Source of the DNA: Felis catus
Lineage: Eukaryota
Reading direction: 5' to 3'
NCBI RefSeq assembly: GCF_018350175.1
Contig: NC_058368.1
Coordinates: 24,492,001 to 24,556,000 of the forward strand
Length of the DNA stretch: 64,000 nt
In this document: one piece after another, positions 50,030 through 62,330 of the stretch
Numbering within the stretch: the stretch's first letter is position 1
Layout of the letters: the number at the start of each line of letters is the position of its first letter
Program-made: the position numbers and the translations under genes
The notes under the pieces: generated by a model
Database searches by the model: none
Told to the model about the DNA's origin: nothing
The model's input: only the letters and a program-made list of their open reading frames with translations

Positions 50030-51111
50030 ATTCAGTGTTTCCTCCTGGGGTGTGTAGACCGTGGTGCTACCCACAGTTCTGTAAGCAAAGGGCAACTTGT
50101 TAAAAGCCGAGCGAGGCTCTGCAGCACATACATTTCCCTTCCCGAAAGCCCATCCCGGAAGTCCTGACACTTTAATTCATTGTCTAACCAAACAGCCTCA
50201 CAAAACCATTTCCTCAAAACACAGGACAAGGCTGTTTTGTTTGTGTCCTCTTCTCTTTCGGAGGGTGGGAGGGTGGTGGATAGGGTGTGAAACTGTAAAA
50301 GAAGAAGCCAGAGGGAGTACCGAATTTTTTGAAATCAGACTTTTTCTTGAACCTGCAGAATACCATCCATTCAGAATCAAGAGCTTCTCTAAATCTGCCA
50401 CCATCTCCCACGGATGGCCAAGTTCCTGTGTTGCCTATTTTTATACCAACTATACACTGAACTGGGGCACGCAGGCTGCGAGAGCACCAGAGGAAACCAC
50501 CCCCAGGGCTGCCCAAAAGAGGCCATTTTACACATAAAGAAATAGTGGTGTTTCTGGAACTTGGAGAGGAAAAAGTACACTATGCATGGACTTACCCTGA
50601 AACCGCCTCAGAAACTGCAAAGTTTAAATTCCGCTCCACTTTGCTAGATGTGTGGTTCGGGACCAGCACAGCAACACATTTCCACACTTATGGTGACAAA
50701 CCAACTACACAGTGGTACCAGGAATCTCCCACAGGCTCCCAGAACTTCTGGTACTGTTGGTGAAGTACTACGGTTAATGATCTATGCTCCAAGAAATTGA
50801 AGGAGACAGGTGGGATGGAAGGAAAGTGCTCCTACATATGGTTGATCCCCATTATTTATGGTAATTCTGCCCCATAAGGTCACCTTCAACACTGGATTAG
50901 CAAATACCAAAGCACTGTTACTAGGGGACGTACAGGATTAGGTTCCCTGCATACCTCTGGTCACATTTTAGTCAATCCATCAATACATGACCTTGTTTCT
51001 ATGTGTGCTTCTGTTTCGAAACCCCTTATTTGATATACGTTGCTGATCCATTAGCCCTGCACCCACAGCCAACAGCACTATTAACTCATGTCTGAACAAA
51101 GCCGCCTTATA

Positions 51112-51331
51112 GGGGCAGCTGGATGGCTCAGTTGGTTGAGCGCCCGACTCTTGATTTCAGCTCAGGTCATGACCTCATGCTTCGTGAGTTCGAGCTCCAC
51201 GTCAGGCTCCATGGTGACAGAATAGAACCTGCTTGGGATTCTCTCTCTCTCCCTCTCTCTCTCTGCCCTTGCCCTGCTTGTGTGCTCTCTCTCTCCCTCT
51301 CTAAACAAACAAATAAACTTAAAAAAAAAAA
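51112..51331 (+). mobile_element. CAN-SINE (older) inside MER82
   Basis: ggggcagctggatggctcag head, (CT)n, A-tail. Confidence 0.93.
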
Positions 51332-51412
51332 CTGCCTACCGTACACATTTTCTCCAAAAGACACACTGCACCTTATTTTCTTAAAGCTTTTATTTAAATT
51401 CCAGTTAGTTAC

Positions 51413-51636
51413 GGGGCACCTGGGTGGCGCAGTCGGTTAAGCGTCCGACTTCAGCCAGGTCACGATCTCGCGGTCCGGGAGTTCGAGCCCCGCGTCGGGC
51501 TCTGGGCTGATGGCTCGGAGCCTGGAGCCTGTTTCCGATTCTGTGTCTCCCTCTCTCTGCCCTTCCCCCGTTCATGCTCTGTCTCTCTCTGTCCCAAAAA
51601 TAAATAAAAAACGTTGAAAAAAAATTAAAAAAAAAA
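51413..51636 (+). mobile_element. Young felid CAN-SINE inside L1
   Basis: Perfect 17-bp TSD taaattccagttagtta at 51395-51411 and 51637-51653. Confidence 0.97.
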
Positions 51637-52021
51637 TAAATTCCAGTTAGTTAACATACAGCATGATATTAGTTTCAGGTGTACAATATAGTGACTCAAC
51701 AATTCTATACAATACCTGATGCTCATCACAGGTACCCTCCTTAATCCCCATCACCTATTTCAGCCATCCCCCCAACCTGCCTCCCCTCTGGTGACCATCA
51801 GTGTGCTCTATATCATTAAGTCTGTTTCTGGATTTGTCTTTTTTTTTTCCCCTTTGCTCTTTTGTTCTCTTTCTTAAATTTCACTTTTGAGTGAAATCAT
51901 ACGGTATTTGTCTTTCTCTTACTGACTTATTTTGCTTATAATACTCTGTAGCTCCACCCATGTCATTGCAAATGACAAGATTTCATTCTTGTTTATCCCA
52001 TTATAAATATATATATGTTAC

Positions 52022-52022
<1 letters not shown>

Positions 52023-52065
<43 letters not shown>
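52023..52065. repeat. (TA)~21 microsatellite within L1
   Basis: Direct reading. Confidence 0.96.
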
Positions 52066-52067
<2 letters not shown>

Positions 52068-52858
52068 ATTCACCAACTAACAGACACTTGGGCTACTTCC
52101 ATAATACGGCTATTGTAAATAATGCTGCCATAAACATAGGGGTGCACGTATCCCTTTGAATTAGTGTTTTTGTATTCTTTGGGTCTTGTACTTAGAACAC
52201 TTGGTAGCACTCAGCACTAGCTTGGGGCATTTTAAATAGTGACATCACATTAAAAAGTACAGAAATTGCAAAAAAAAAAAAAAAAAATGTGGCCCAACTG
52301 TAACAGACACAATACGAGAGAAGAAGCAAGAAGGCAGAGCATGGCCTAGTCTGAACTCAACCTTCAGGAACTCATATTTTTGGCCACTGGGCTGCAAATG
52401 ACCACAAAAGTACCGTAAGTACTGATTAGGGGTCACACATAAACCTTAGCAAGCAGGCAAATTCGCAAAAACAGAACCCACGAATGATGATCTATGATAT
52501 TAACCGACTTGGGAACTCTCCTAGAGTTAAGCTTATGCTAATAAATACAAAATCTATTCAAACCTATTAGGGGTGACCCTTTTGAAGTCCATTTGAAAAC
52601 TCAAGTATTTTGAGCTGCACTGCTTGCTAGAGACAATGGAAATACTCCCCTGGCTCCCCAAATTCAGCAGCCCAAGGATTGGGCAAACTGGTGACCACCA
52701 CAGGCCCAGCAGTCTTGACTACCAACATCAACCCCATGTGCATGACTTTGATCCAATCAACAGCCACCGGTCTACCTATGACGGGATTTCCCACCATCTC
52801 CAGAAGGCACTTCCTCATCTCGTCCCCTTTGTCTATTCATGCCTTTAAAGTCTCATCT

Positions 52859-53086
52859 GGGGGCGCCTGGGTGGCGCAGTCGGTTAAGCGTCCGACTTCA
52901 GCCAGGTCACGATCTCGCGGTCCATGAGTTCGAGCCCCGCGTCAGGCTCTGGGCTGATGGCTCAGAGCCTGGAGCCTGTTTCTGATTCTGTGTGTGTCTC
53001 TCTCTCTCTCTCTGCCCCTCCCCCGTTCATGCTCTGTCTCTTTCTGTCCCAAGAATAAATAAACGTTGAAAAAAAAAAAAAACTCC
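52859..53086 (+). mobile_element. Young felid CAN-SINE
   Basis: TSD ttaaagtctcatct at 52845-52858 and 53087-53100. Confidence 0.97.
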
Positions 53087-54057
53087 TTAAAGTCTCATCT
53101 GAATGTGTAACTTCAAGTTAGAATTCACGGGCATTCTTTCACACGCTAACAAAGATGTCTCTGTTCTTCTGAATATTTCATTTCCATACATATGCTTAAG
53201 ATAAAATTCAAGACTGAAAAATGCCCAGCTTTCTTCTATTTACTATTCATGGCAACACTGGGTGTCTTACACTATAAAAATGGAAACATGACCGACATAA
53301 TGCAGTCGATACAAGATCCCTGGACAATAACAAGTAATTTTTTATCTCTCTGGAGAAGTAAAGACTCTGATTTTATCGTCACTACCTCAGACTGCACCAA
53401 ATCATGCTGCCTCCTCCAAGCAGAAAATGTTCAGGGGCATGGGAGAGGCACCAGGTACCCTGGGCGTTGGTTAGGATCACAGCATTTCTTCAGAGCTGCA
53501 CGGCAAGTTCAAAATTCACCAGCCATACGCTCTGCTAGCATCAAAGAGCCATGCATCACTTAAGCCATGCATGCTTCCAGGGAGGGAGCCACTCGTTATT
53601 GTCTCCCTCCTCCATCACAGCCGGACAGCTTTCAGCCCCACCTTCCTGTCAGTCTTTTCCTAAACTAGGAAGCCCTGCTCTCTAACACTTCTGTTTTTTT
53701 TTAAATCTCAAAACTGGTTACTTTTTCAAAGCCTTTCTGACATCACAACTCAAAAAGCTTCTGAGCACTAAAGTTATGATTCCCTGCGTCTAATTGTTAA
53801 GGCTATGCTCACCATTTAGAACTGCCTTCCCACCTTTACCACCCCTTTTCCTACACAAAATATTCAAAGAACAAATGTTGAGCCATGCTTCTGATTTCAT
53901 GTGGCTGCCTTTGCTCTGTGCCCGTCGCCGGCAACAGTCTGTGTCTGGGCCAACTAGTATGTGCCTAGGGCCTTTCCTGTTCTTTTTTGTTTCCTTGAGT
54001 CAATTCCTGTCAGGTGCAAATGCTCCAGAAATGTAGAATTAGGACACAGGAACTCAC

Positions 54058-54117
54058 CCTGAGTCATAGCTGGAACCCATCTTCTCTTCTGAGTTCACGA
54101 TGCAAAACAAACAAAAT
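54058..54117 (-). other. Candidate 60-nt spliced exon (minus strand)
   Basis: cctttttgttttgaatgtaattttag| 60 nt ending ...CAGG |gtgagt donor. Confidence 0.25.
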
Positions 54118-55279
54118 CTAAAATTACATTCAAAACAAAAAGGTAGGTGGAAGTTGAAAGTGCAGATGTGGCTGCAGCCCCAGCTGGATATGTTCAGGCA
54201 GAACAGATGTCAGTAATAAACCTAGGAGAGCCACAGAGGTTAGTTTATATCCATTGCCAGTCCTGAGTGAAAATGCTGACATGAATATAAAGCCGCACAG
54301 CGCTTCCTTTGCTACCCATTCTGCGTGTGCAACATGGACGTACGACCTGGAAAAGAATCTGAAAATGTTACAGGGATGCAGAGTGGCTGTGTGACATCAG
54401 TGGCGAGGAAGCGAGCATGTGACCTGATCCGGGCAGTTTTGCAGGCAGCACGTCAGAAAAGCTGTGGTTTCTTCAAACAGCTGGCACTAGCCCGATTCTC
54501 CCTCTGGGTGCCCCAGAGAAAGAAAACGTGGAACCCAATGGTGCCTTCGTTCCAGTCTGCCATAAAGGCATATGGTTCCTGGCGGAATCTGGGGCCAGCA
54601 GTGGTATAACGGGAGCCAATCAGGTTCTCCTAAATTACATTCTTGTTATCTGATCTTACTACAGGCTTCACATTTCAGAGCCAGATAGGTTTTATTTTTA
54701 GAAGGCACCAACCATACACTTGAAAAGGAGGGGCAGTGACTTCTTCAGAATTTGCAGCCACTGTGATTCGGTGATTTCGTTCACTGCAGCTAACTGAAGC
54801 AGCCACTTGGGAAGGAATATGGACTCCTTCAGTTGACCTGAGAAACTTTAACTATCAAAGCCTACTGTCGCATTCAGCGGGCAGTCCTCTCTCCCCCCAC
54901 CAAATTCCCAGGGCACCTGGTATGTGTCCTAGGGCCCTACCTGTCTCAAGGAGGCAGCGTGACCGTGACTTGAAGTCGAAGGATCTTTATTCTCTGGGAA
55001 ACAAGAAATCATGTATTGTCGTTGAGCCAATCGCACTAGCACTGGCCCCCAAAACAAGGGTCCTGCGTCTGTCCTGTAGTGTCTTTCTTAAACACCTTAT
55101 AAGCAAATAAACTTTGGGAACAATTCCCTATCAGCTTGGGAATTTATTACAATACATGTTTATTTTACTTAATTGTTAAATTTGCATTTTCCACTTTTTT
55201 TTCTAAAATTAAGGAAGGGTCCAGGGCCAAATATAAGATTATAGGGTATAAAGGAAAGAACAATGGACATCTTGACTTG

Positions 55280-55520
55280 TTTCCTGGAGTCTGACTGTCT
55301 GAGTTCAAATCCCAAATCCTCCACTTACTGGCTGGGTGATCTTGGCCAAGTGACTTAAGCTCTATGAGCTTCGGTGAGGATAACATTAATCACTATCTTG
55401 TAGGATTACTGTGAGAATTAACTAGGTAAGCCAAATACATAAAACCCCAAAAGCTGTTCCTGTCACATAGTAAATGCTATATGTGAGTTAACCCTTATTT
55501 ATTATTTTTATTAGTAGTAG
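55280..55520 (+). mobile_element. MIR, near full length
   Basis: ctggagtctgactgtctgagttcaaatccca...ccacttactggctgggtgatcttggccaagtgacttaa...ggattactgtgagaattaa...cacatagtaaatgct. Confidence 0.88.
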
Positions 55521-56356
55521 TAATATTATCATCATCACTATCTCATTCAAATCTTGTATCATTTGAAGTTATAATACTTAATTCATAATGATGCCTCTAA
55601 ACTTCACCACATCAAATTAAAATTGGCTTTGTACAGGAAATAATACATGATAAAAAAAATAGCTAACAAAAAAACACAGTGTTTTTTCTCTATCATTATT
55701 GTGGGCCTGCCGAACCAAAATTCCCACAGCGAACAAATAGGAAATCAAACCAGGGTGATTTTAAAATTCAGAAGAGGAGACGAAAGTGGCAGAGACCAAA
55801 GACGGGAAGTGAAATATGGGTCCACCAGGGGAAATTCACCGCTCCCTGGACTTGATGTAGGGGTAGCATCGTCCCCACCTCAGGACCTTCCCACGGGACG
55901 AATGGTCCCCACCCGGATGGTGCTGCTGGCAGGGCAGGACTAGGGGGTCACACCGCAAATGTACAAGTGTGCCCCCTGGTTTACGAGACAGCCGCTAGAG
56001 AAACTAGCCACTCAGATCAACTCACAGAATAAATTTATTCAGAACGTCGCCTTGCTTATATGAGATCGTGCTTTATTCAGATCACAATGACGGTTCACGA
56101 AAGTCACTTTGGTTTCTCCTGGCTCTAAAATCCAGTGACTCTCTGTGCAGAGTTTTTCATTGCTGCCTTTGTATTCTCTAGCATGACCTAATCAGCTACC
56201 AAGTGCTGGGATTCGAAGAAATGTTTGAAGAATGACATGTTCTAGTTAACTAAATTTGTCTAATCAATTCAGCTCTTAGGAAAACAAATTTTAAAAAAAG
56301 TCCAAAGAAAAACAAATGTTTTAGTTTCAATTCTTTTTGAAAAATGTTTGAAAATA

Positions 56357-56937
56357 CAGGTGACCTTTGAACAACGCAGGGGTTAGGGGCACAAATCCCT
56401 AGGCACGATGCAAAATTCACGTATACTTTTGACTCCCCGAAAAGTTTACTAATGGCCTACTGTGTCCAGAAAGAAGCCTTACTGGTCAATAATCACACAA
56501 TAACATAAACAGTCGATTAACACATATTTTGTATGTTATTTATATTATATTCTGTATTCTTATGGTAATGTACACTAGAGAAAAGAAAATGTTATTAAGA
56601 AAATCATAAGGAAGGGCTGCCTGGGTGGCTCAGTCAGTTAAGCATTCAACTCTTGGTTTTGGCTCAAGTCATGATCTCACGGTTCATGAGATCAAGCCCC
56701 AGGTCAGGCTCTACACTGACAGCTGGAAGCCCACTTGGGGTTCTCTCTTGTCTCTCTCTGCCCCTCCCCCACTCATTCTCTCTCTCTGCCCCTCCCCCCC
56801 AAAATAAATAAACTTTAAAAGGAAGAAAAGCACAAGGAAGAGAAAATACATTTATAATACTGTACTGTATTAACTGAAAAAATCCACTTATAAGTGGATC
56901 CTTGCAGTTCAAACCCATGTTGTTCAAGGGCCAATTG
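56357..56937 (-). mobile_element. Tigger2a-like DNA-transposon fossil with both TIRs, interrupted by a SINE
   Basis: TIRs caggtgacctttgaacaac / gttgttcaagggccaattg. TA target dinucleotide on both sides. Confidence 0.88.
56614..56822 (+). mobile_element. CAN-SINE inside Tigger2a
   Basis: TSD aagaaaatcataaggaag / aagaaaagcacaaggaag. Confidence 0.94.
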
Positions 56938-57599
56938 TACATTGATTAACTTTCATATTAAAGAAATGAAAATACTGAACACTTCTTACTATGTCTTAAT
57001 GATCTGAGTTCTAAATAAAGTTCCTTAGGGTTTTAAGAGAGCTATAAATATAGGGTTAGCAATTTAGAGGAGGCTAACATTATTTTCAGGGAAATAAATT
57101 TTTTTTTTTTTTTTGGTAGGAAAGGCCACTTACCTAAGTGGTAGGAAAGGCCACTACCTTGGGCACAGGACCCTGAAGGCACAAGGGGATTTGCGCAGGT
57201 GGAAACTGGAGAGGACAGGGCAGGGAGAGAAGATTAGGCAAGAATGCAGATCACCAGGGAGTTTTAGGCAGAGAGAACCCACAAACTCCGGAAGCCGTAA
57301 ATTCAGCAGCAGGTTCGGCATGACAGCTGGTCCGCATTTTCTATACCAATCCAAGCAGGAAGGGAAGCATGAGCCCAGGAAGCTAAGACAGAGGCCGATC
57401 ACAGGGAGCCTCCTACGACAAACCAAGGGGTTTAGATTTTAACCCATAAGCAGGAGGGAATCACCGAAGGTTGTTCGGCTTTAAGAACACAGATTGGGAA
57501 GAGGAATGACATGACCAAATGAGGGGTTTAGAATAATAATACTAGCAGAAACGTAGGCGGTGTGAGTAACGCTAAGTACCACTTACGACGTACTTCCTA

Positions 57600-57780
57600 A
57601 AAGCTCAACACAGTCTAGCAACTTAATCTCACTTTATAGATAAGAAACAGAGACATCAAGGGATTAAGCGAATTATCCAGGTCAGTGTGACTCCACAAAG
57701 TCCAGTGATGGCAGTCACAGGGAACCCCAGCATCCATACGAAGGGCGTAACACCTTGCAAGATACAGAGCAAGAACTCTG
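57600..57780 (-). mobile_element. MIR fragment
   Basis: ctcactttatagataagaaacagagac...ggattaagcgaattatccaggtca. Confidence 0.55.
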
Positions 57781-59758
57781 CACCCTTGCCCATTCCAAAT
57801 TGAAAAAGGGGAAGTCTAAAAGCTAAAAGGATGGAATAAAATACAGTGGCATATATCATAGGGCACTGTCACAGGCATTACATTTTCAGGGGCCACAAAG
57901 TGGTTACACTGTGATGTAGTCTCTTGGAAGGGCATGCCGCCTATTAGCCACAGCAGGAATCAGGAACCCTCCTCTGTTTTTACAGAGATCCAAAGCCACG
58001 AAGACCATTATTCTCTATTAATGGGATGAGATGATACTTCAAAACTCTATCCAACTGTGCACACCAGGAAGATCTGTAGGATCTCAACATCCCGCTACTA
58101 AGTTCCAAATAAGGACTGAGTCACAGAAAGTACTGCTGGGTGGGAAGCTTTGGCTCTTCTAACACTTTAAAACAAAATTCAGATTTTTATTTAAATACCA
58201 CATGACACTGGGGAAGGCTCGAAAACTAGGGACATTTTTCACCCAGCTCCATTACAAAGTTTAAGAAGGGCTCCATGGCAAGTCATTAAGTTGCAAACCG
58301 ATGACCGAACTCCTCTAATTTCTCAAGCTCTAAATATTATTGTCCTTGATATCAACCTAGTGCATTGAATTGAAAATAAAACCATTACATGAAAAGGAAA
58401 AGTGCAGTAAGACAGCCCAGGCTGCCGTCCCCTCTTCTTTATTTGTTTAAAGCAGCACCATGGCTTTCAAAGGCTCACCTGGGAACAGCAGTTAATATCT
58501 TACTTGCCTTAAGGCAACAGGCTGGATCTGATGACTTTCTGCGGCCCCTTCCTGGTCAAGAACTCTAATTTAATTAGGTTTGCTAGACTGAGAGCTCCCT
58601 GAAATCCAGACTCTCATCTTAATTGCCACGAGGAACCTGGTGGCTAGCCTCAAGCACTGCCTAAATAAATGATACTTAAAAGCGAATGCCGAAAGCCGCC
58701 TTTCCTCTTATTAAATGCACGGTCAGACAGACTATTTCTTTTTCTTCAAATCTCATTAAAATATTCACTCCATGATGCCTTTCCAGAAGCGAGTCACAAC
58801 GAAATCATAATAATCCTACTGGAATCACTTCCACTCCAACAAACTAGGTAGTAATGAAGACTTATTCTTGCAATTGAAGAAAGGAACTAATTCATTATGA
58901 AAATGAAGAACACACATGCGTGCTTATCAACTGCCCGTAAAATAAATATTTTCATGTGAAAGCTCTGTTTTTACATCCCAAAATTATTTCCAGCATTTGG
59001 CATGGAACCAAAGCAATTCAGAATCATTGCCATTTATAGCAAAGTTTAGGCTAAGTTGTAGGGCACACAAAAAAAGTATACTTGCACAACGTTTTAGGGC
59101 CATAGAGCCAATGAGAATGTCCCTGCAGGAACGGACTTTGTCTAACTGATATCCCAAGCTCTGTGAAGAGTAAAAGAGAGTCCACATGTTTCCGCGGGAA
59201 TAGCAGGCAAAGCGCTAAGAGAAACAGCACCACAGGCAACAGAAAATTAGTTTCAGAGAAGATACACGTCAACTCCTAAAACCCAGGACACTTGCTGATA
59301 CACACACCTACCTTCTCACTTCACTTGAGAGTATCTGAAGACCAGACGTGTCAAACTAGCTAAACTAAGGACAGGAGAGAGAGGGTGAATCCATCCAGTA
59401 TTTGAGAAAACATCCACACGCCCAGCAGAGAAAACTAAGTCATGGATCCAGAAAACTCCTTTCCCCAAACTTCTTAAGAAGAAAGTTTTAAATAAAAATA
59501 AACTAGCAAAATAATGTAATTCAATATGGTAACACTGAATTGTTCCAATAAAATCAAGATCATTCCGGCTGTCAGGATCTCGTGGGCTGAGAGGCAAGAC
59601 AAAAAGGACGCACAACAGTTGCCACACTGCGAAAATGATCTACTGGGGGCACACAGGCCAGGTGCCACAGAAGGCCAAAGGAAAGGAGACAGGAAGGGAC
59701 TTTTCCTTCAGGTTTTTTGAAATAAGGAAGAGACTCTAATCAGAAGCTCACAAACACC

Positions 59759-59937
59759 GGGGCATCCGGGCAGCTCAGTGGGTTAAGCGCCTGATTTCTC
59801 AGGCCATTATCCCACAGTTTGCGAGTTCGAGCCCTGTGTTGGGCGCTCCTCTAACAGAAGGAAGCCTGCCTTGGATTCTTTGTCTCCCTCTCTTTCTGCC
59901 ATTCTCTCCCTCAAAAATAAAGTAACAAAAGTAAATA
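59759..59937 (+). mobile_element. CAN-SINE (diverged)
   Basis: ggggcatccgggcagctcagtgggttaagcgcc...gagttcgagccc...aaaataaa. Confidence 0.9.
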
Positions 59938-60319
59938 AGCTTACAAGTATTGCCTTCCAATAAAGTCTTTATTTCTCCCCACTCTACTCATTCTCTCAGA
60001 TGCCTGGGTTTTAAGGAAATTTGTTCTGAAAAGACAGCATTCACTTTTTCTTAAGCTCCTCCACCCTACCCCCACACCCCCCAAAAAAAGGTAAGAGAAA
60101 CAACCTCCAAACTTTTTGCCCAACTTCCAGTTTATAGGACATACAGGAGTGAAAGAAAACCGAATGGCCCCAAGGGAAACCATCCATCAGGCGTGTCCTC
60201 AGTGTGAGGCAATTCTCCACGGCATGCAGCCTGGTCTCTGAAAGTCAATGTCACACAAAAATGTAAGAGAACGGCTCTAGACTCTAGAATAAAGGCCAAA
60301 ATGTTATTGCAAGGCATAA

Positions 60320-60595
60320 ACATTGCCTGGGTCTTAGTTCAGGGAAAAAATAAACTGTCAGAAAAGTAATTTTGCAGCTAATTGGGCAAATCTGAATACG
60401 GGCTAGATATCAGATGTCACGAAAAATTGTTGATTTCCACATTTTGAAATTTTATTGTGGTTATGCAGACTGTCCTTATTTTTAGAAAATAGACATTTAA
60501 GAAAGTAAGGGGTACACATCATGGTATTTGCTTACTCCAATTTATCTCACATTATTCAGCAAAAATATATACATATATGTGGACACCTTCACACA

Positions 60596-60632
<37 letters not shown>

Positions 60633-60760
60633 ACACACACACACACAGCAAATGCAGCACAACAGTAATTAATGAATCTAGGCAGTAGATATATAGATGT
60701 TCAATGTACTACTATTAGTTCAATTTCTCTATTTTGAACTCCTTTATAATAAAAAGATGG
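60320..60760 (+). mobile_element. Ancient LINE-1 3' fragment (L1ME/MC-like) containing (CA)n
   Basis: aaatctgaatacgggctagatatcagatg...tattgtggttatgcag...gtccttatttttagaa...tgaatctagg...gatgttcaatgtactact. Confidence 0.7.
60591..60647. repeat. Imperfect (CA)n microsatellite
   Basis: Direct reading. Confidence 0.96.
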
Positions 60761-61352
60761 GTGGGGAACTTGGGGCAAAATACTGCTAAGACCTTAAGCA
60801 TGTGAAAACGAAGTAGGTATGTCTATAAGGAAACTCAAAGGGGTGAACAAGGAAAGTTATGGATTATTTATCTGTAACTAGCAGAGAGATGTTTATTCAG
60901 ACTAATAAGTTACTTATTTATCTCTGAAAACTGCTACCACTTTCAGTATCTCAGATTTATAGGAGTTTCTGCTATAATCTATCCCAGATTTACTATGTAA
61001 ATAAAAAACATTCTATAACTTTATATGATAATGAAACTGTCTGGTTCAGGTTTTCACAGTTTCATGCACAGCATGTTGTAAATATAAATACTCTGAGATA
61101 AGTCGGTCGGGAAAAATCAAGTAACTCGGCATTTACAATTCTATCAGAGATCTATGACTGGATTTACCCATAAGGGGGGAAGACAGCCTCAAATTTGCAC
61201 ATCCCTTTGATTTTTTCATATTAAATTATATTTAAATATCTTTATAATGCTAATAATCATAGTCCCACTATCCCTGAAATACTCTGTGATACTGAAAATG
61301 AAATGGAAACACTAAAACTAGTTTCAGCAATTGAGAAGATGAAGCAGAGGCT

Positions 61353-61532
61353 GGGGCCCCTGGGTGGCTCAGTCGGTTGAGCATCCAACTCAGTTTCAGT
61401 TCAGGTCATGATCTCATAGTTTGTGAATTTGAGCCCTGCATCGGGCTCCATGTTGACAGTGTGGAACCTGCTTGGAATTCTCTCTCTCCCTCTCTCTCCC
61501 TCCCACTCTCTCTGCCCCTCACCCTCTCTGTC

Positions 61533-61595
<63 letters not shown>

Positions 61596-61596
61596 A
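61353..61596 (+). mobile_element. CAN-SINE (older) with a (GAAA)~15 tail
   Basis: ggggcccctgggtggctcagtcgg head. (GAAA)n at ~61534-61594. Confidence 0.93.
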
Positions 61597-61609
61597 GATT
61601 ATTTCTTTC

Positions 61610-62104
61610 TTTTTTTTTCTTAATTTTTTTTTTAATTTTTTTAACATTTATTTATTTATTTTTTTTTTTTTTTTAAATTTTTTTTTTTTTTTTTTTTTTA
61701 CCGTTTATTTATTTTTGAGACAGAGAGAGACAGAGCATGAATGGGGAGGGTCAGAGCGAGAGGGAGACACAGAATGGGAAGCAGGCTCCAGGCTCTGAGC
61801 CATCAGCCCAGAGCCCGATGCGGGGCTCGAACTCACGGACCGTGAGATCGTGACCTGAGCCGAAGTCGGACGCTCAACCGACGGAGCCACCCAGGCGCCC
61901 CGACATTTATTTATTTTTGAGACAGAGAGAGACAGAGCATGAACAGGGGAGGGGCAGAGAGAGAGGGAGACACAGAATCCGAAACAGGCTCCAGGCTCTG
62001 AGCTGTCAGCACAGAGCCCGACACGGGGCTTGAACTCACGGACCGTGAGATCATGTCCAGAGCCGAAGTCGGACGCTTAACTGACCAAGCCACCCAGGCG
62101 CCCC
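61610..62104 (-). mobile_element. CAN-SINE (outer) carrying a nested SINE in its tail
   Basis: TSD aagaagattatttctttc (61592-61609) / aaggagattatttatttc (62105-62122). Confidence 0.92.
61658..61901 (-). mobile_element. Young CAN-SINE (inner, nested)
   Basis: TSD acatttatttattt at 61644-61657 and 61903-61916. Long poly-T. Confidence 0.93.
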
Positions 62105-62330
62105 AAGGAGATTATTTATTTCATACACTACAAAGAATAGCATGAATGATACATGTATTTTCATAGTTTCGCAGAGTTCCCTCACCTAAGACCTAATTTC
62201 ATGTCTATAGTGTCACAGGTATCAAAAAAAAAGTAGATTTGTTTCAATCTTTCACCAACAAAACTAGTAGCATTTAATGAAATCCATCTCTAAAAGCTTG
62301 TTCTAAAACCACCACAATAACAATAAACCA

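Larger units (their letters stand above)
51385..52184 (-). mobile_element. LINE-1 3' end (carnivore/L1MA-like) inside MER82
   Basis: ttagtttcaggtgtacaatatagtga...gagtgaaatcatacggtatttgtc...catgtcattgcaaatgacaagatttcattc...gctattgtaaataatgctgc. Confidence 0.9.
50840..52495 (-). mobile_element. MER82-like TcMar-Tigger fossil, split by a SINE and an L1
   Basis: Pieces at ~50840-51110, ~51332-51380 and ~52185-52495 are collinear with reverse MER82 (ggattaggttcc...cctctggtcaca...ccaacagcactat...caagaaggcagagc...aggcaaattcgcaaa). Confidence 0.82.

Noticed and set aside
50596..50614. 19-nt minus-strand micro-exon (tttgcag|...CAGG|gtaagt)
   Set aside because: The donor is strong but the pyrimidine tract is poor. 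Such pairs are expected by chance in 64 kb.
25190..58123. Scattered AP-1 motifs TGA(G/C)TCA
   Set aside because: The number noticed is close to random expectation for a 7-mer in 64 kb, and they are not clustered.
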